From Macrostomum lignano (taxonomy: Eukaryota), in contig NIVC01000576.1 in the NCBI GenBank assembly GCA_002269645.1, forward strand, positions 356,207 through 420,206: a stretch of 64,000 nt of DNA, in the 5' to 3' direction. Below are positions 52,701-64,000 of this stretch, piece after piece (position 1 is the first letter of the stretch; each line of letters begins with the position of its first letter). Below the pieces are notes generated by a model. It saw nothing but the letters and a program-made list of their open reading frames with translations. It was not told the origin of the DNA and ran no database searches. Made by a program: the position numbers and the translations under genes.

Positions 52701-55220
52701 GCGTAGCTTTGAAGACACTCTGAAGCATTAATGATTGCGTAGCTTTGAAGACACTCTGAAGCATTGCTGATTGCGTAGCTTTGAAGACACTCTGAAGCAT
52801 TGCTGATTGCGTAGCTTTGAAGACACTCTGAAGCATTAATCATTGCGTAGCTTTGAAGACACTCTGAAGCATTAATCATTGCGTAGCTTTGAAGACACTC
52901 TGAAGCATTAATGATTGCGTAGCTTTGAAGACACTCTGAAGCATTAATCATTGCGTAGCTTTGAAGACACTCTGAAGCATTAATCATTGCGTAGCTTTGA
53001 AGACACTCTGAAGCATTAATGATTGCGTAGCTTTGAAGACACTCTGAAGCATTAATGATTGCGTAGCTTTGAAGACACTCTGAAGCATTGCTGATTGCGT
53101 AGCTTTGAAGACACTCTGAAGCATTAATGATTGCGTAGCTTTGAAGACACTCTGAAGCATTAATGATTGCGTAGCTTTGAAGACACTCTGAAGCATTAAT
53201 GATTGCGTAGCTTTGAAGACACTCTGAAGCATTAATGATTGCGTAGCTTTGAAGACACTCTGAAGCATTAATCATTGCGTAGCTTTGAAGACACTCTGAA
53301 GCATTAATGATTGCGTAGCTTTGAAGACACTCTGAAGCATTGCTGATTGCGTAGCTTTGAAGACACTCTGAAGCATTAATGATTGCGTAGCTTTGAAGAC
53401 ACTCTGAAGCATTAATGATTGCGTAGCTTTGAAGACACTCTGAAGCATTAATGATTGCGTAGCTTTGAAGACACTCTGAAGCATTAATGATTGCGTAGCT
53501 TTGAAGACACTCTGAAGCATTAATGATTGCGTAGCTTTGAAGACACTCTGAAGCATTGCTGATTGCGTAGCTTTGAAGACACTCTGAAGCATTAATCATT
53601 GCGTAGCTTTGAAGACACTCTGAAGCATTAATGATTGCGTAGCTTTGAAGACACTCTGAAGCATTAATGATTGCGTAGCTTTGAAGACACTCTGAAGCAT
53701 TAATGATTGCGTAGCTTTGAAGACACTCTGAAGCATTAATCATTGCGTAGCTTTGAAGACACTCTGAAGCATTAATGATTGCGTAGCTTTGAAGACACTC
53801 TGAAGCATTAATGATTGCGTAGCTTTGAAGACACTCTGAAGCATTAATCATTGCGTAGCTTTGAAGACACTCTGAAGCATTAATGATTGCGTAGCTTTGA
53901 AGACACTCTGAAGCATTAATCATTGCGTAGCTTTGAAGACACTCTGAAGCATTAATGATTGCGTAGCTTTGAAGACACTCTGAAGCATTAATGATTGCGT
54001 AGCTTTGAAGACACTCTGAAGCATTAATGATTGCGTAGCTTTGAAGACACTCTGAAGCATTAATGATTGCGTAGCTTTGAAGACACTCTGAAGCATTAAT
54101 GATTGCGTAGCTTTGAAGACACTCTGAAGCATTAATGATTGCGTAGCTTTGAAGACACTCTGAAGCATTAATCATTGCGTAGCTTTGAAGACACTCTGAA
54201 GCATTAATCATTGCGTAGCTTTGAAGACACTCTGAAGCATTAATGATTGCGTAGCTTTGAAGACACTCTGAAGCATTAATGATTGCGTAGCTTTGAAGAC
54301 ACTCTGAAGCATTAATGATTGCGTAGCTTTGAAGACACTCTGAAGCATTAATCATTGCGTAGCTTTGAAGACACTCTGAAGCATTAATGATTGCGTAGCT
54401 TTGAAGACACTCTGAAGCATTAATGATTGCGTAGCTTTGAAGACACTCTGAAGCATTAATGATTGCGTAGCTTTGAAGACACTCTGAAGCATTAATGATT
54501 GCGTAGCTTTGAAGACACTCTGAAGCATTAATGATTGCGTAGCTTTGAAGACACTCTGAAGCATTGCTGATTGCGTAGCTTTGAAGACACTCTGAAGCAT
54601 TAATGATTGCGTAGCTTTGAAGACACTCTGAAGCATTAATGATTGCGTAGCTTTGAAGACACTCTGAAGCATTAATGATTGCGTAGCTTTGAAGACAATC
54701 TGAAGCATTAATGATTGCGTAGCTTTGAAGACACTCTGAAGCATTGCTGATTGCGTAGCTTTGAAGACAATCTGAAGCATTAATGATTGCGTAGCTTTGA
54801 AGACAATCTGAAGCATTAATGATTGCGTAGCTTTGAAGACACTCTGAAGCATTAATGATTGCGTAGCTTTGAAGACAATCTGAAGCATTAATGATTGCGT
54901 AGCTTTGAAGACACTCTGAAGCATTAATGATTGCGTAGCTTTGAAGACACTCTGAAGCATTAATGATTGCGTAGCTTTGAAGACAATCTGAAGCATTAAT
55001 GATTGCGTAGCTTTGAAGACACTCTGAAGCATTAATGATTGCGTAGCTTTGAAGACAATCTGAAGCATTAATGATTGCGTAGCTTTGAAGACACTCTGAA
55101 GCATTAATGATTGCGTAGCTTTGAAGACACTCTGAAGCATTAATGATTGCGTAGCTTTGAAGACAATCTGAAGCATTAATGATAGCTTTGAAGACACTCT
55201 GAAGCATTGCTGATTGCGTA
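49735..55220. repeat. Highly homogeneous 36-bp tandem array (~152 units; AAGCATTAATGATTGCGTAGCTTTGAAGACACTCTG) filling CFAP47 intron 5
   Basis: Head-to-tail units with no spacers and only a few recurrent variants (AATG/AATC/GCTG; CACTC/CAATC). Confidence 0.98.
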
Positions 55221-55367
55221 AAGACACGAAGCATGATTCAAAGACACGTGCGAGTCACGATGTGCTAGTTTTGCTATCACCGAAACTGCAAAACACTATT
55301 ATCGATTAATAACACGATAAGACACTATTGAAATGAAAAATTATTCATTAAAACCGCAAATCTCCAG

Positions 55368-55750
55368 ACTCGGCCTCACCCGATTCGCATCGAACTCAGC
55401 TGGAGGTCGCTCTCACCGGCACCGCCCTGCCAATCCTTCTGCAAGTCTCGCCCAAGCCGGAGGTGAACTTCGGCGCTGTCCAGCTGAACAACCCAGCCGA
55501 CGCGGCTTTCACGCTGGCCAACCAATCCGAGGACGGCCTACCGGTGCTTTTCGCGTTCCGCAAGATCGCCCACTTCAATGCCAGACCAGAGCGAGGTCAA
55601 ATTGAGCCAGGCCGCGAGCTGCCAGTCAGCGTCACCTTCTGCCCGAGGCAGTTTGGCAACTTCGACGTCCAATTGGAGATCTGCATACTCGGCGAGGTGG
55701 CCGATGATAGGCAAGATCCGCTAACGAGACGACTCGATGTTATCCATTCG
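55368..55750 (+). CDS. CFAP47: CFAP47 exon 6
   Basis: QLEVALTGTALPILL...LPVLFAFRKIAHF...FCPRQFGNF. Phase 1 acceptor; GTGAGC donor. Confidence 0.9.
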
Positions 55751-55946
55751 GTGAGCTCACATAGTAGAACCGTGCAGAAACATTCTCCAAACTTCAGTTT
55801 GAATTGGCGTGAAAAATGAAAGCTACTACTATTAGCCGTGTTTTTTAGTAGACAAGGTAGCTCTTGGATTATCTGTCAACCTCTTGCGGCTGTCACCTCG
55901 ACTTTAACCAAATCTCAACCTCGCTTGTCACTCCCGCCCGCCACAG

Positions 55947-56263
55947 GTGTTCATGCGCCTCTCCGGCTCCTGTCGCGTGTTCGGCACTCAGCCAGCCGGT
56001 CGCTTCAACCCCGGCATCACCCCGCTGGTGGCCAACGAAGTCGGCCTGTGCACCGACACCCGATTCGACGAGCTAAACGAACGGCCGGTGCAGCCTCCGC
56101 TGGCGGCGCTGGTGGCCCACACGGATGCCCGGCTGCATCGGCACGCCGTCTCGGCCGACGAGGGCAGCGGCGGCGACGGCAAGCGTCGGAAACAAGCGCG
56201 CATCGCCTTCCCGAATGATCGAGCCGCCAGCCTGCGACCGTCGGAGCGGCACGTGGACTATTG
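55947..56263 (+). CDS. CFAP47: CFAP47 exon 7
   Basis: FNPGITPLVANEVG...IAFPNDRAASLRP. Donor phase 2. Confidence 0.9.
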
Positions 56264-56415
56264 GTGAGGATTGGCGCTGGGTCGTTAAAGTTCCCCTTGG
56301 ACTGTCTATCCGAAGTACAGTACGCCTCGTATATTCCCAGCAGTCTAAACTTCATAAACTAAACTTCAGTAGTAGATCAGTTGCACTTAACCATCCCTCC
56401 CCATACCAACTTCAG

Positions 56416-56672
56416 CACCCTGTTCACCAGAGTGAAGCGACACAACTTCGTAGACCCGGACTATGCCTACGAAGACTCCGAAGTAGAGCGCGTCCGTCAG
56501 CACAAGCAGGGCTACGCCGATAGCCAGAGAAAGCGAACGGAGAATCTCATTGTGTCTCAGCGGGACCGGCGATTGAAGCGGTTCGAGAATGACAGAGATA
56601 TGGGCATGATTCCCGCCATGGGGATGAGGCCTGTCAAGCTGGGGCTTGAAGACCTGCGGCCTGATACGCCTC
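56416..56672 (+). CDS. CFAP47: CFAP47 exon 8
   Basis: TLFTRVKRHNFVDPDYAY...DMGMIPAMGM. Phase 2 in, phase 1 out. Confidence 0.88.
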
Positions 56673-56839
56673 GTGAGTTGGAGGGAAGCATTTGAATGGC
56701 TATGGGATTTGTTTAGGCCGGGATGAGATTCCATTTATTAGCTATGAGACTCAGTTAGGTAGATATGAGCTTAACTTAGGTGAGTATGAGATTCGGTATG
56801 ACATTCAGTCACGGACTACTTAAGTATCTACTAGTGGTC

Positions 56840-57885
56840 CTTGCATTCAGTTAGTTAGGTAAGGGATTCGGTTGGGTAGGTATGAGATTCGGTTAGGTAG
56901 GTATGAGATTCGGTTAAAGAGATTCGGTTGAGTAGGTATGAGATTCGGTTAGGTAGGTCTGAGATGCGGTTGGGTAGGTATGAGATTCGGTTAAGTAGGT
57001 CTGAGATGCGGTTATAGGGGTGAGATTCGGTTGGGTAGGTATGAGATTCGGTTAGGTAGGTCTGAGATGCGGTTATAGGGGTGAGATTCGGTTGGGTAGG
57101 TATGAGATTCGGTTGGGTAGGTATGATATTCGATTATTCGGTTAGGTAGGTATGAGATTTGGTTGGGTAGGTATGAGATTCGGTTGGGTAGGTATGAGAT
57201 TCGGTTGGGTAGCTATGAGATTCGGTTGGGTAGGTCTGAGATTCGGTTGGGTAGGTATGAGATTCGGTTGGGTAGGTCTGAGATTCGGTTGGGTAGCTAT
57301 GAGATTCGGTTGGGTAGGTATGAGATTCGGTTGGGTAGGTATGAGATTCGGTTGGGTAGGTATGAGATTCGGTTGGGTAGGTATGAGATTCGGTTGGGTA
57401 GGTCTGAGATTCGGTTGGGTAGCTATGAGATTCGGTTGGGTAGGTCTGAGATTCGGTTGGGTAGGTATGAGATTCGGTTGGGTAGGTATGAGATTCGGTT
57501 GGGTAGGTATGAGATTCGGTTGGGTAGCTATGAGATTCGGTTGGGTAGGTATGAGATTCGGTTAGGTAGGTATGAGATTCGGTTGGGTAGGTATGAGATT
57601 CGGTTGGGTAGGTCTGAGATTCGGTTGGGTAGGTATGAGATTCGGTTGGGTAGGTCTGAGATTCGGTTGGGTAGGTATGAGATTCGGTTGGGTAGGTCTG
57701 AGATTCGGTTGGGTAGCTATGCGATTCGGTTGGGTAGGTATGAGATTCGGTTGGGTAGCTATGAGATTCGGTTGGGTAGCTATGAGATTCGGTTGGGTAC
57801 CAGGGGTAGCTATGAGATTCGGTTGGGTAGGTATGAGATTCGGTTGGGTAGGTATGAGATTCGGTTGGGTAGGTATGAGATTCAG
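56840..57885. repeat. 21-bp minisatellite (GAGATTCGGTTGGGTAGGTAT) in CFAP47 intron 8
   Basis: Tandem units; 7-aa periodic ORFs. Confidence 0.95.
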
Positions 57886-58360
57886 TTTTAAAGCTATGAA
57901 AGTTCAGCTATGTGATTTTGTATCAAATTCAACGCATTTCAGCGAATGCCAAGTTCACATATTATCATCCAGTCAGGCCAGGTTAGAGGTTTATCTAGGC
58001 TTTTGTGGATTTTTTTATTTTTACTCAAATTTTATCCATCCCTCTGCGCATAACTTTTTCACGGAATATGTATCGGGATTTCACCTAAACACAATGCTAT
58101 TTGTTGTATTTGTCACCAGAAGGGACTCTTGAAAATGGTTTACAATGGTCAGGAAATGAGTAGTTTGTTTACCTTTAATCAATGTTGCACAATAGCGTGG
58201 GTCAGCTTGTCAACAGAAAAGTTTTTCTAATTCCCGAAATTACCCTTTACTGACTTTAGCGCACATGTTTCACCTGGTTTTTATTTTTTGCTGACCAGCT
58301 CATTAAAAGCAGAAAATAGCAAAGCAGTAACCTCCTGCTATTTAATTCGGTGTTTTGCAG

Positions 58361-59778
58361 CTCCTGAGCCGCCAAACAAAGTGTTCCAACTGCTCAGCAC
58401 CAAGGAGATCCAGGATGTCAAGGAGACAGCGGCCAACCAGACGGCCAAGGACGGCCTGGGCGCGGTGCCGATGAGCCAGAAGGAGAAGGAGGAGTGCCGC
58501 ATGCTGCTGCGGCCGCAAGAGCTACACCAGGTTGTCATCACCCCCGGCACCATCGATTTCGGCGTCGTCTGCCTTCGTTCCGTGGTCACCCGCGAGCTGA
58601 TAGTTATGAACAACCTTGAGACGAGCATCCACCTGGTGGTGGAGATTGACTGCCGCGAGCTGCGCCACTCCAGCCCGCTCAGCCAGGTGGTGCCGCCCAA
58701 GTCCAAGGCTCTGGTGCCGCTAATCTTCGAGTCCGCCCTCCAGGGCCGATTCCAACGAAACGTCAGCTACGTGATCAACGGTAACTATCGAAATCACGTG
58801 ATCGCTCTGGCCGAAGTTGTGCCCGTACAGCTTGAGCTGAGCACCCAAGAGCTCGAGGTCGTGCCATGCGAAGGCCAACCAGCTGAGGCTGGAATCCGGG
58901 GCGTCATCACCCTGTACAACCGGCTGAACCACCCGGCCGAGTTCAGCTGGGAGCCGGTGCTGAAGGAGCGCCAGCACACCGCCTTCTCAATCAGGCCCCG
59001 AGCCGGCGTGGTCGAAGCTTTCAAAGACATCGACTGCGAGGTTGTCTTTCGGCCGTCGTTCAACGCGCCAGACGAAGGCTACTTCCGATTGCACGTCGAG
59101 GGCGGAAACGATTTGAATTTAAAGTGCGTGGCCAAGTTTGGCCCCACAAACGTACAGTTCGTCAACCGTCGCGTGATGTTTGGCTCGGTGCCGCTCAACA
59201 TGACCACGGTGAAGAAGGCTGTCCTGGTGAATAATTCTCAGAACCACGCGTACTTTCACGTGATCAACAGCAAGCCCTGGCCTGGCATGGAGCTCGAGCC
59301 GCTAAGCGGCGTTGTCCCAGTCGGCGGACAGAAAGAGATTCGAATCTCGTTTACTCCGTCGGCTGTGTCAAAGTTCGACTGCGGCACTCGGGTCGCCATC
59401 CGCGGCTGGCGCGACCTGGAGCTGCGCATGGGCGGCACAATCCTGTCGCCGTGCGTCGACATTCCGTTAAAAGAGTTCAACTTTGATGGCGTGTACGTTG
59501 GCGCGAGCAAGTCGATCAGCTTCGAGCTGGTCAATCAAACGCAGACAGACTCGCGACTCGAGTTCGATTTGAAACGGTATCCGGACTTCTCGCTCGACTT
59601 CGGCGGTCGGGCGAGCTCAGAGGACCTGGCTAATCCTGGAGTTCACACGGTGACGCTCCGTCCTGAGGAGACTTTAAAAGCTGTGCTCACTTTCCGGCCC
59701 AAAGAAGTGGCGTCTTACAGCTTTCTGATGCCGGTGGTAATCAACAACACTCGAGCGCCGAGTCCTGCCGCTACTCCA
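58361..59778 (+). CDS. CFAP47: CFAP47 exon 9
   Basis: ECRMLLRPQELHQVVITPGTIDFG...AFSIRPRAGVVEAF...LKCVAKFG: repeated Ig-like (ASH/Hydin-type) domains. GTAAGT donor. Confidence 0.92.
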
Positions 59779-59939
59779 GTAAGTTGCTAATTCGTACAAA
59801 GTTAAGTTTGTACTGCGAGCTTGTCTATATTAAAACAGAATTTGTACGACCCTACTCTCCCGCTTAAGTTGTATCGAATAGATAGTGTATCGTAGTTGGA
59901 AGACTCATTATAAAATGCACCAAACCATGCAAACCGTAG

Positions 59940-61390
59940 GTGCCTCCGTCGCCAGCGCCCACCGTGAAGGACGGCATCAGCATGTCTCGCATCGACTCGG
60001 CCACGAGTAGCAGCAGCGGTCGCGTCGGCTGGACGCCTCACGTGCCCGTGGTGCAGACGCCCCGCAAGCTGGTCAAAGGCATCGCCCTGCGTCCGGTGCT
60101 GCGCCTCTCGCGTCGCGAGTTCGCCTTCCAGCTGGCGCCGGAGGCGCTCCAGGATCAACTGGACGCGCAGGTGTCGCCGACGCCACCGCCGTTGAACCAG
60201 GCGACACCGGCGAATAACCGTCTGCAGCTGCTGACACTGGAGAACACGGGAGACTCAGCCATCACATGGGCTGTAGACCTGCCAAACAGTCAGAAGGCCC
60301 TCCGAGACTCCTGCTTCAGCCTGACTCCAATCGAGGGTACCGAAGCTGCGCCCGAGGAGGCGAGCAGCGAATCTGGACGTCGCCTTTTCGGCCGTCTCGA
60401 GCCCGCAGCCACAGTCACCCTGACCGTGCAGTTCTCACCAAGGAGCCCAGGCCAATTTAAAGCCCGTCTACCTGTGGTTATCAACGACGACTGGCAGTTC
60501 CCCTACGATCACCTGACCCTGCGAGGCGAGCTCACCTGGCCTAGCATCACTTTCGTTCCGCCGGCACTCACCCTGACGCCGTGCCCGCTGCACTCGGCCA
60601 TCTCCGTGCAGTTCTCAATACTGGCTGCCAACTACGCTGCGCCCAGTCGGCTAGAATTCACCTTGCCGCAGGTCGAAGCCGACGACGGTTCACCGATCAA
60701 ACCGCTCCGCCTAGAATACATCGACGGTCGCGGACCGGATATTTTCCCGGCCACAAAAGATCCTGACGCGAACGGTGGCGGAAGTGACGCTTCGTCGGCG
60801 CAGCTGATCGAGCTCAGGTGCCGTCTGACGTTCGAGGCCAGCACGCCGGTATCGATCAGCAAGGAGATCCTCTTCCAGGACAGCTTTGGCAACCAGACCC
60901 GACTTCCCGTCTCCGCCACCGCCGATAACTGCCTTCTGACACTCTACCCGTTCGTTTTGAAGCATCGAGAAGACTATCACATCGTGACTGAGCAAGGAAA
61001 ACTACTCGAAGGTCGTCGAGCTGCTCAGCAACTGCCAGCAACTGAAACTGGCGAGCCGCAGATGGTCGCCTGTCGAGCCGAGGATCTGTCGGGCCTGGTA
61101 GCTGCATCGAGCAGGCCGAGCACCACAGCGACCAGCTCCAATTTTGAAGACTCCAGCACCTCCTACGAGGAGACCCTGACAGAGTCGGCTGCATCCAACA
61201 CGCCACGCGACGGCGCGGTGAACAATCCCGCGTCGAGTAGCAAAGCCACTGGGCAGTCGGGTCCGCACGTTCCCGGCATGGTTGGCAAGACCGGCAAAAC
61301 CCGTTGGCCGGATCATGCCCTAACGGAGAGCAGCTCCGATGGCCTAGTGGATGAGAACTATCACCTGGAACGGGAAGGACTGTTTTATCG
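59940..61390 (+). CDS. CFAP47: CFAP47 exon 10
   Basis: Long GC-rich open frame including LPVSATADNCLLTLYPF. CGTAG acceptor; GTGAGT donor, phase 2. Confidence 0.88.
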
Positions 61391-61997
61391 GTGAGTCGCT
61401 ATTTTCAAATGTTGCCAGGCATTTTCTGCCAACGCTGCAAGTTAAGAAGAGTTAGTTTTGGTTAGTACCAGCTACGAGCTAGATTTTCTGTGATAGAGGT
61501 AGCAACTCTAAGCTGCTGTAGAAATACAAGGTGTGAGTGGCAGCTCTGACAGTGTCAGTACTTTACAACAGTGCTCGAGTACCGACTGAAAACAAATTCT
61601 TTGAAGAAAAATGTTTATATTTGAATTAGAGCCAATCGGAAATTAGATAGACTATCAGGAGACAACCCTGTTTCGGCTAGAGATTGTCATTGTTAAAGTA
61701 CGCTTTTAGTTTCTAGTCAAGAGCTACGGGTAAGTTTCTAGTAGAACATTAGAAGTTTTCAGTTTTAGAAACTAATGGTAATCTGCAGCGCCCCCTGTTG
61801 ATGAGCCAACAAAGAATAGAATTTTTTTAATAAAATACATGTAGCCTCTGACCTCTCAGCCTTGACGTCTCGGCAATCGTAGAAAAATACTACAGTAGGC
61901 TTGGAATAAACGTTTCTGGTGCTTTCGGTCTTAGATACTAGTCAGGGAATCTGGTCGAACCGACAAAATCAATTGATGCTCTTCCGCCAACCCGCAG

Positions 61998-62663
61998 CGA
62001 CATGCTGAGCATAGTCCAGCGCTGGTTCACCAACTACGGCTGGCCAGGCGGCCAGTTCCCCGTCACGGTGCCGAACAGCATGCGCAGCGGCCTGTCGCGG
62101 AAGCAGCAATCCGACGAGCAAGACGACAGTAGCAATCGAAAGAAGAAATCAACTACGTCGAACGACAAAGACGGTAACAAAGACGGAAACAACGCCGGTG
62201 GCAAAGGTGCCGCCCTTGACTCCGGCGGCGGTAAAAGCGAAGTGAAGACTATCTACGACATGATTACACACCTGTGCGGCAGGCCGGCCCGGGCATCCCA
62301 ATTAGCGCTGCTTTGCCCAGCCAGGCAGCCGAGCGGGTGAAGCAGATCTACTGGCAGCACGCCACTCTGCTGACCTTCCTGCGCAGTCAGGGTGGCTGCT
62401 TGGCCTCAGTCCGGCCAGAGCATCTCATGGAGCCCAAGGACTACCGCTGTTGGAAGTCACTTCAGGCTAAGAAGCCAAATTCTGCTGCAGAAGCTTCCGG
62501 CTCACCTGAGTCCATCGAAGATGACGGATTGGAGCCTTCGCCGGGTCGTCTGGTACGCGACGTTGAAGAGGCTGGACGCGATGAAGAGCTGTTCGAATGC
62601 GTTTCTAAACGGGCCTGGACAGATGTCCTGCTGCAGATACTCAAGACGCTGGTGTTGTACAAG
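61998..62663 (+). CDS. CFAP47: CFAP47 exon 11, with an apparent 1-bp deletion frameshift at about 62288-62290
   Basis: QRWFTNYGWPGG...TIYDMITHLCGRP in one frame continues as PGIPISAALP...QHATLLTFLRSQGGCLASVRPEHLMEPKDY...SKRAWTDVLLQILKTLVL in the adjacent frame. Confidence 0.85.
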
Positions 62664-62893
62664 GTGAGGATGGATATGCTTGGATCAAGGTACCTAAGTC
62701 GAATGAGAAAGTAAAAGCATTTACACGAGTAACTGTATGTAGCAGAGCTCACATATAAATACCTTTGGTTACGTAGGTCAAAGGCGGAAAATTTTGAGTC
62801 AGATAGAAATGGATTTGATCAGTTAGGTCAATCAGTAAATATATTGGATCAGGTAGATCAAACAAAGGAATTTTTTCTATTCTTTCTTCCCAG

Positions 62894-63071
62894 GTGACAC
62901 CGCGCAGCTTCAAGAACCTTCGCCAGCCGGACCCTCACATGCCGCTACCGAGCATCAGCCTGTCGCCATTGGCATCGAATGTGTACACGGTCAACGAGCG
63001 GATCTTGCTAGCCTGGCTGAACCATTTCTACGACAACTACAGGACAAAGATCTGGACTGACGGAGACAAGG
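62894..63071 (+). CDS. CFAP47: CFAP47 exon 12
   Basis: SNVYTVNERILLAWLNHFY, start of a calponin-homology-like region. Donor phase 1. Confidence 0.9.
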
Positions 63072-63312
63072 GTGAGCTTGAAATCGAAAAGCCTCAAAAT
63101 ATCGCATCTTTCAGAATATTGGAATTATAAAAGAAATTTCACTCCGATGGCATTTTTCTAAGAGCTTTTTAAATCTTGTCAATCAATATTCATAAAACCG
63201 GTCTCTAGTGAGCTTCAAACGATTTTCTGATTTAGCGTCCTCCTTAAGCATTTGAACACTGCAAACAATGAATTTGATCCCTACCAACACCTACCAACAA
63301 TTCTTACTTCAG

Positions 63313-64000
63313 GCGGGGTACCACCCGCTCGATGGGTAATCAACTTCGACCACGACCTCCTCGATGGCCTGGTCCTGGCTGCTGTGATTGGCGCCCACTG
63401 CCCTACCTGATTGACAGTCATCTGCGCGGCATGTACACCGCCCCAAGCACTCCTGAGCAGTGCCTGCACAACTCTCTCCGAGTGGTCAACGCTATGCGTT
63501 TTGTTGGACTGGACTTCGACGTTCAAGCGCTTGACTTGACCGCTCCGAATCCGGTTCTGCTGATGCTGCTGTGCGTGTACCTGTACCAGACCCTGCCGCA
63601 GTACATCATCAAATCCAACGTTGACTTCTCCGGCGGCCTGCATCAGACCTGTTCGCGTCAGGTGACCTTGGTGAACCCGGTGGCGAAAACGCTGGCCTAC
63701 CGGGCAGCCCTGGCCGGCCGGGACGCCGCCGACTTCTCCCTGCCGAAAGGCGACCTCGTCTCGCTGCCTCCCAAAGGCCGGGTGCCCGTCAGCGTGGAGT
63801 TTCGCTCCCGATTCCTTCGGCCAGCCGAGGCCGTCCTGCTGCTCATCGGCCGACCGTCCGGGCCGCATCAGGGTTCTACCCAGGTGTTTCGCTTGGTAAC
63901 CCAGGTGAATTCTATTCAACCAATCAGCACGGTTCAGGTGGCATCTCATTGCTACGAGTTGAAGCCGGTCAGACTAAATGTCGTCAATCCGTTCAACTGC
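63313..64000 (+). CDS. CFAP47: CFAP47 exon 13 (open at window end), with an apparent 1-bp deletion frameshift at about 63401-63403
   Basis: RWVINFDHDLLDGLVLAAVIGAHC, then after the shift YLIDSHLRGMYTAP...NPVLLMLLCVYLYQTLPQY...GRDAADFSL...SRFLRPAEAVLLL, open to base 64000. Confidence 0.85.

Noticed and set aside
49735-55220. CRISPR array (36-bp repeat length)
   Set aside because: Units are head-to-tail with no unique spacers, there are no cas genes, and the context is a eukaryotic intron.
62281-62340. Programmed -1 ribosomal frameshift in CFAP47
   Set aside because: No X XXY YYZ slippery heptamer, and a second identical-type indel nearby points to homopolymer error.

Overview
Eukaryotic (animal) genomic DNA, very rich in mini- and microsatellites, with GC-rich exons and GT-AG introns. 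A free-living flatworm such as Macrostomum is my guess for the host; the sequence cannot confirm it. Three spliced host genes can be reconstructed. (1) A Shaw/Kv3-type voltage-gated K+ channel (+, 3 exons, 15086-33302, 637 aa) with a non-canonical S6 gate (AIPIIG instead of PVPVIV). (2) A USP2/USP21-type deubiquitinase (-, 4 exons, 42673-38963, 512 aa). (3) CFAP47 (+, 13 coding exons from 46949, running off the window end), head-to-head with USP2 and carrying two single-base frameshifts in C runs. The strongest find is a complete, apparently autonomous P-element/THAP9-type DNA transposon in Kv intron 1 (16675-20370): perfect 32-bp TIRs, a 7-bp TSD, and an intact THAP + DDE ORF of 960 aa. Also present: a 301-bp MITE with 14-bp TIRs and an 8-bp TSD, a tRNA-derived SINE, a decayed LINE endonuclease fragment, a 5.5-kb 36-bp tandem array carrying an ATG-initiated 1843-codon antisense ORF, and a possible orphan exon at 9629-9931. 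Most ORFs in the supplied track are artefacts of tandem repeats.
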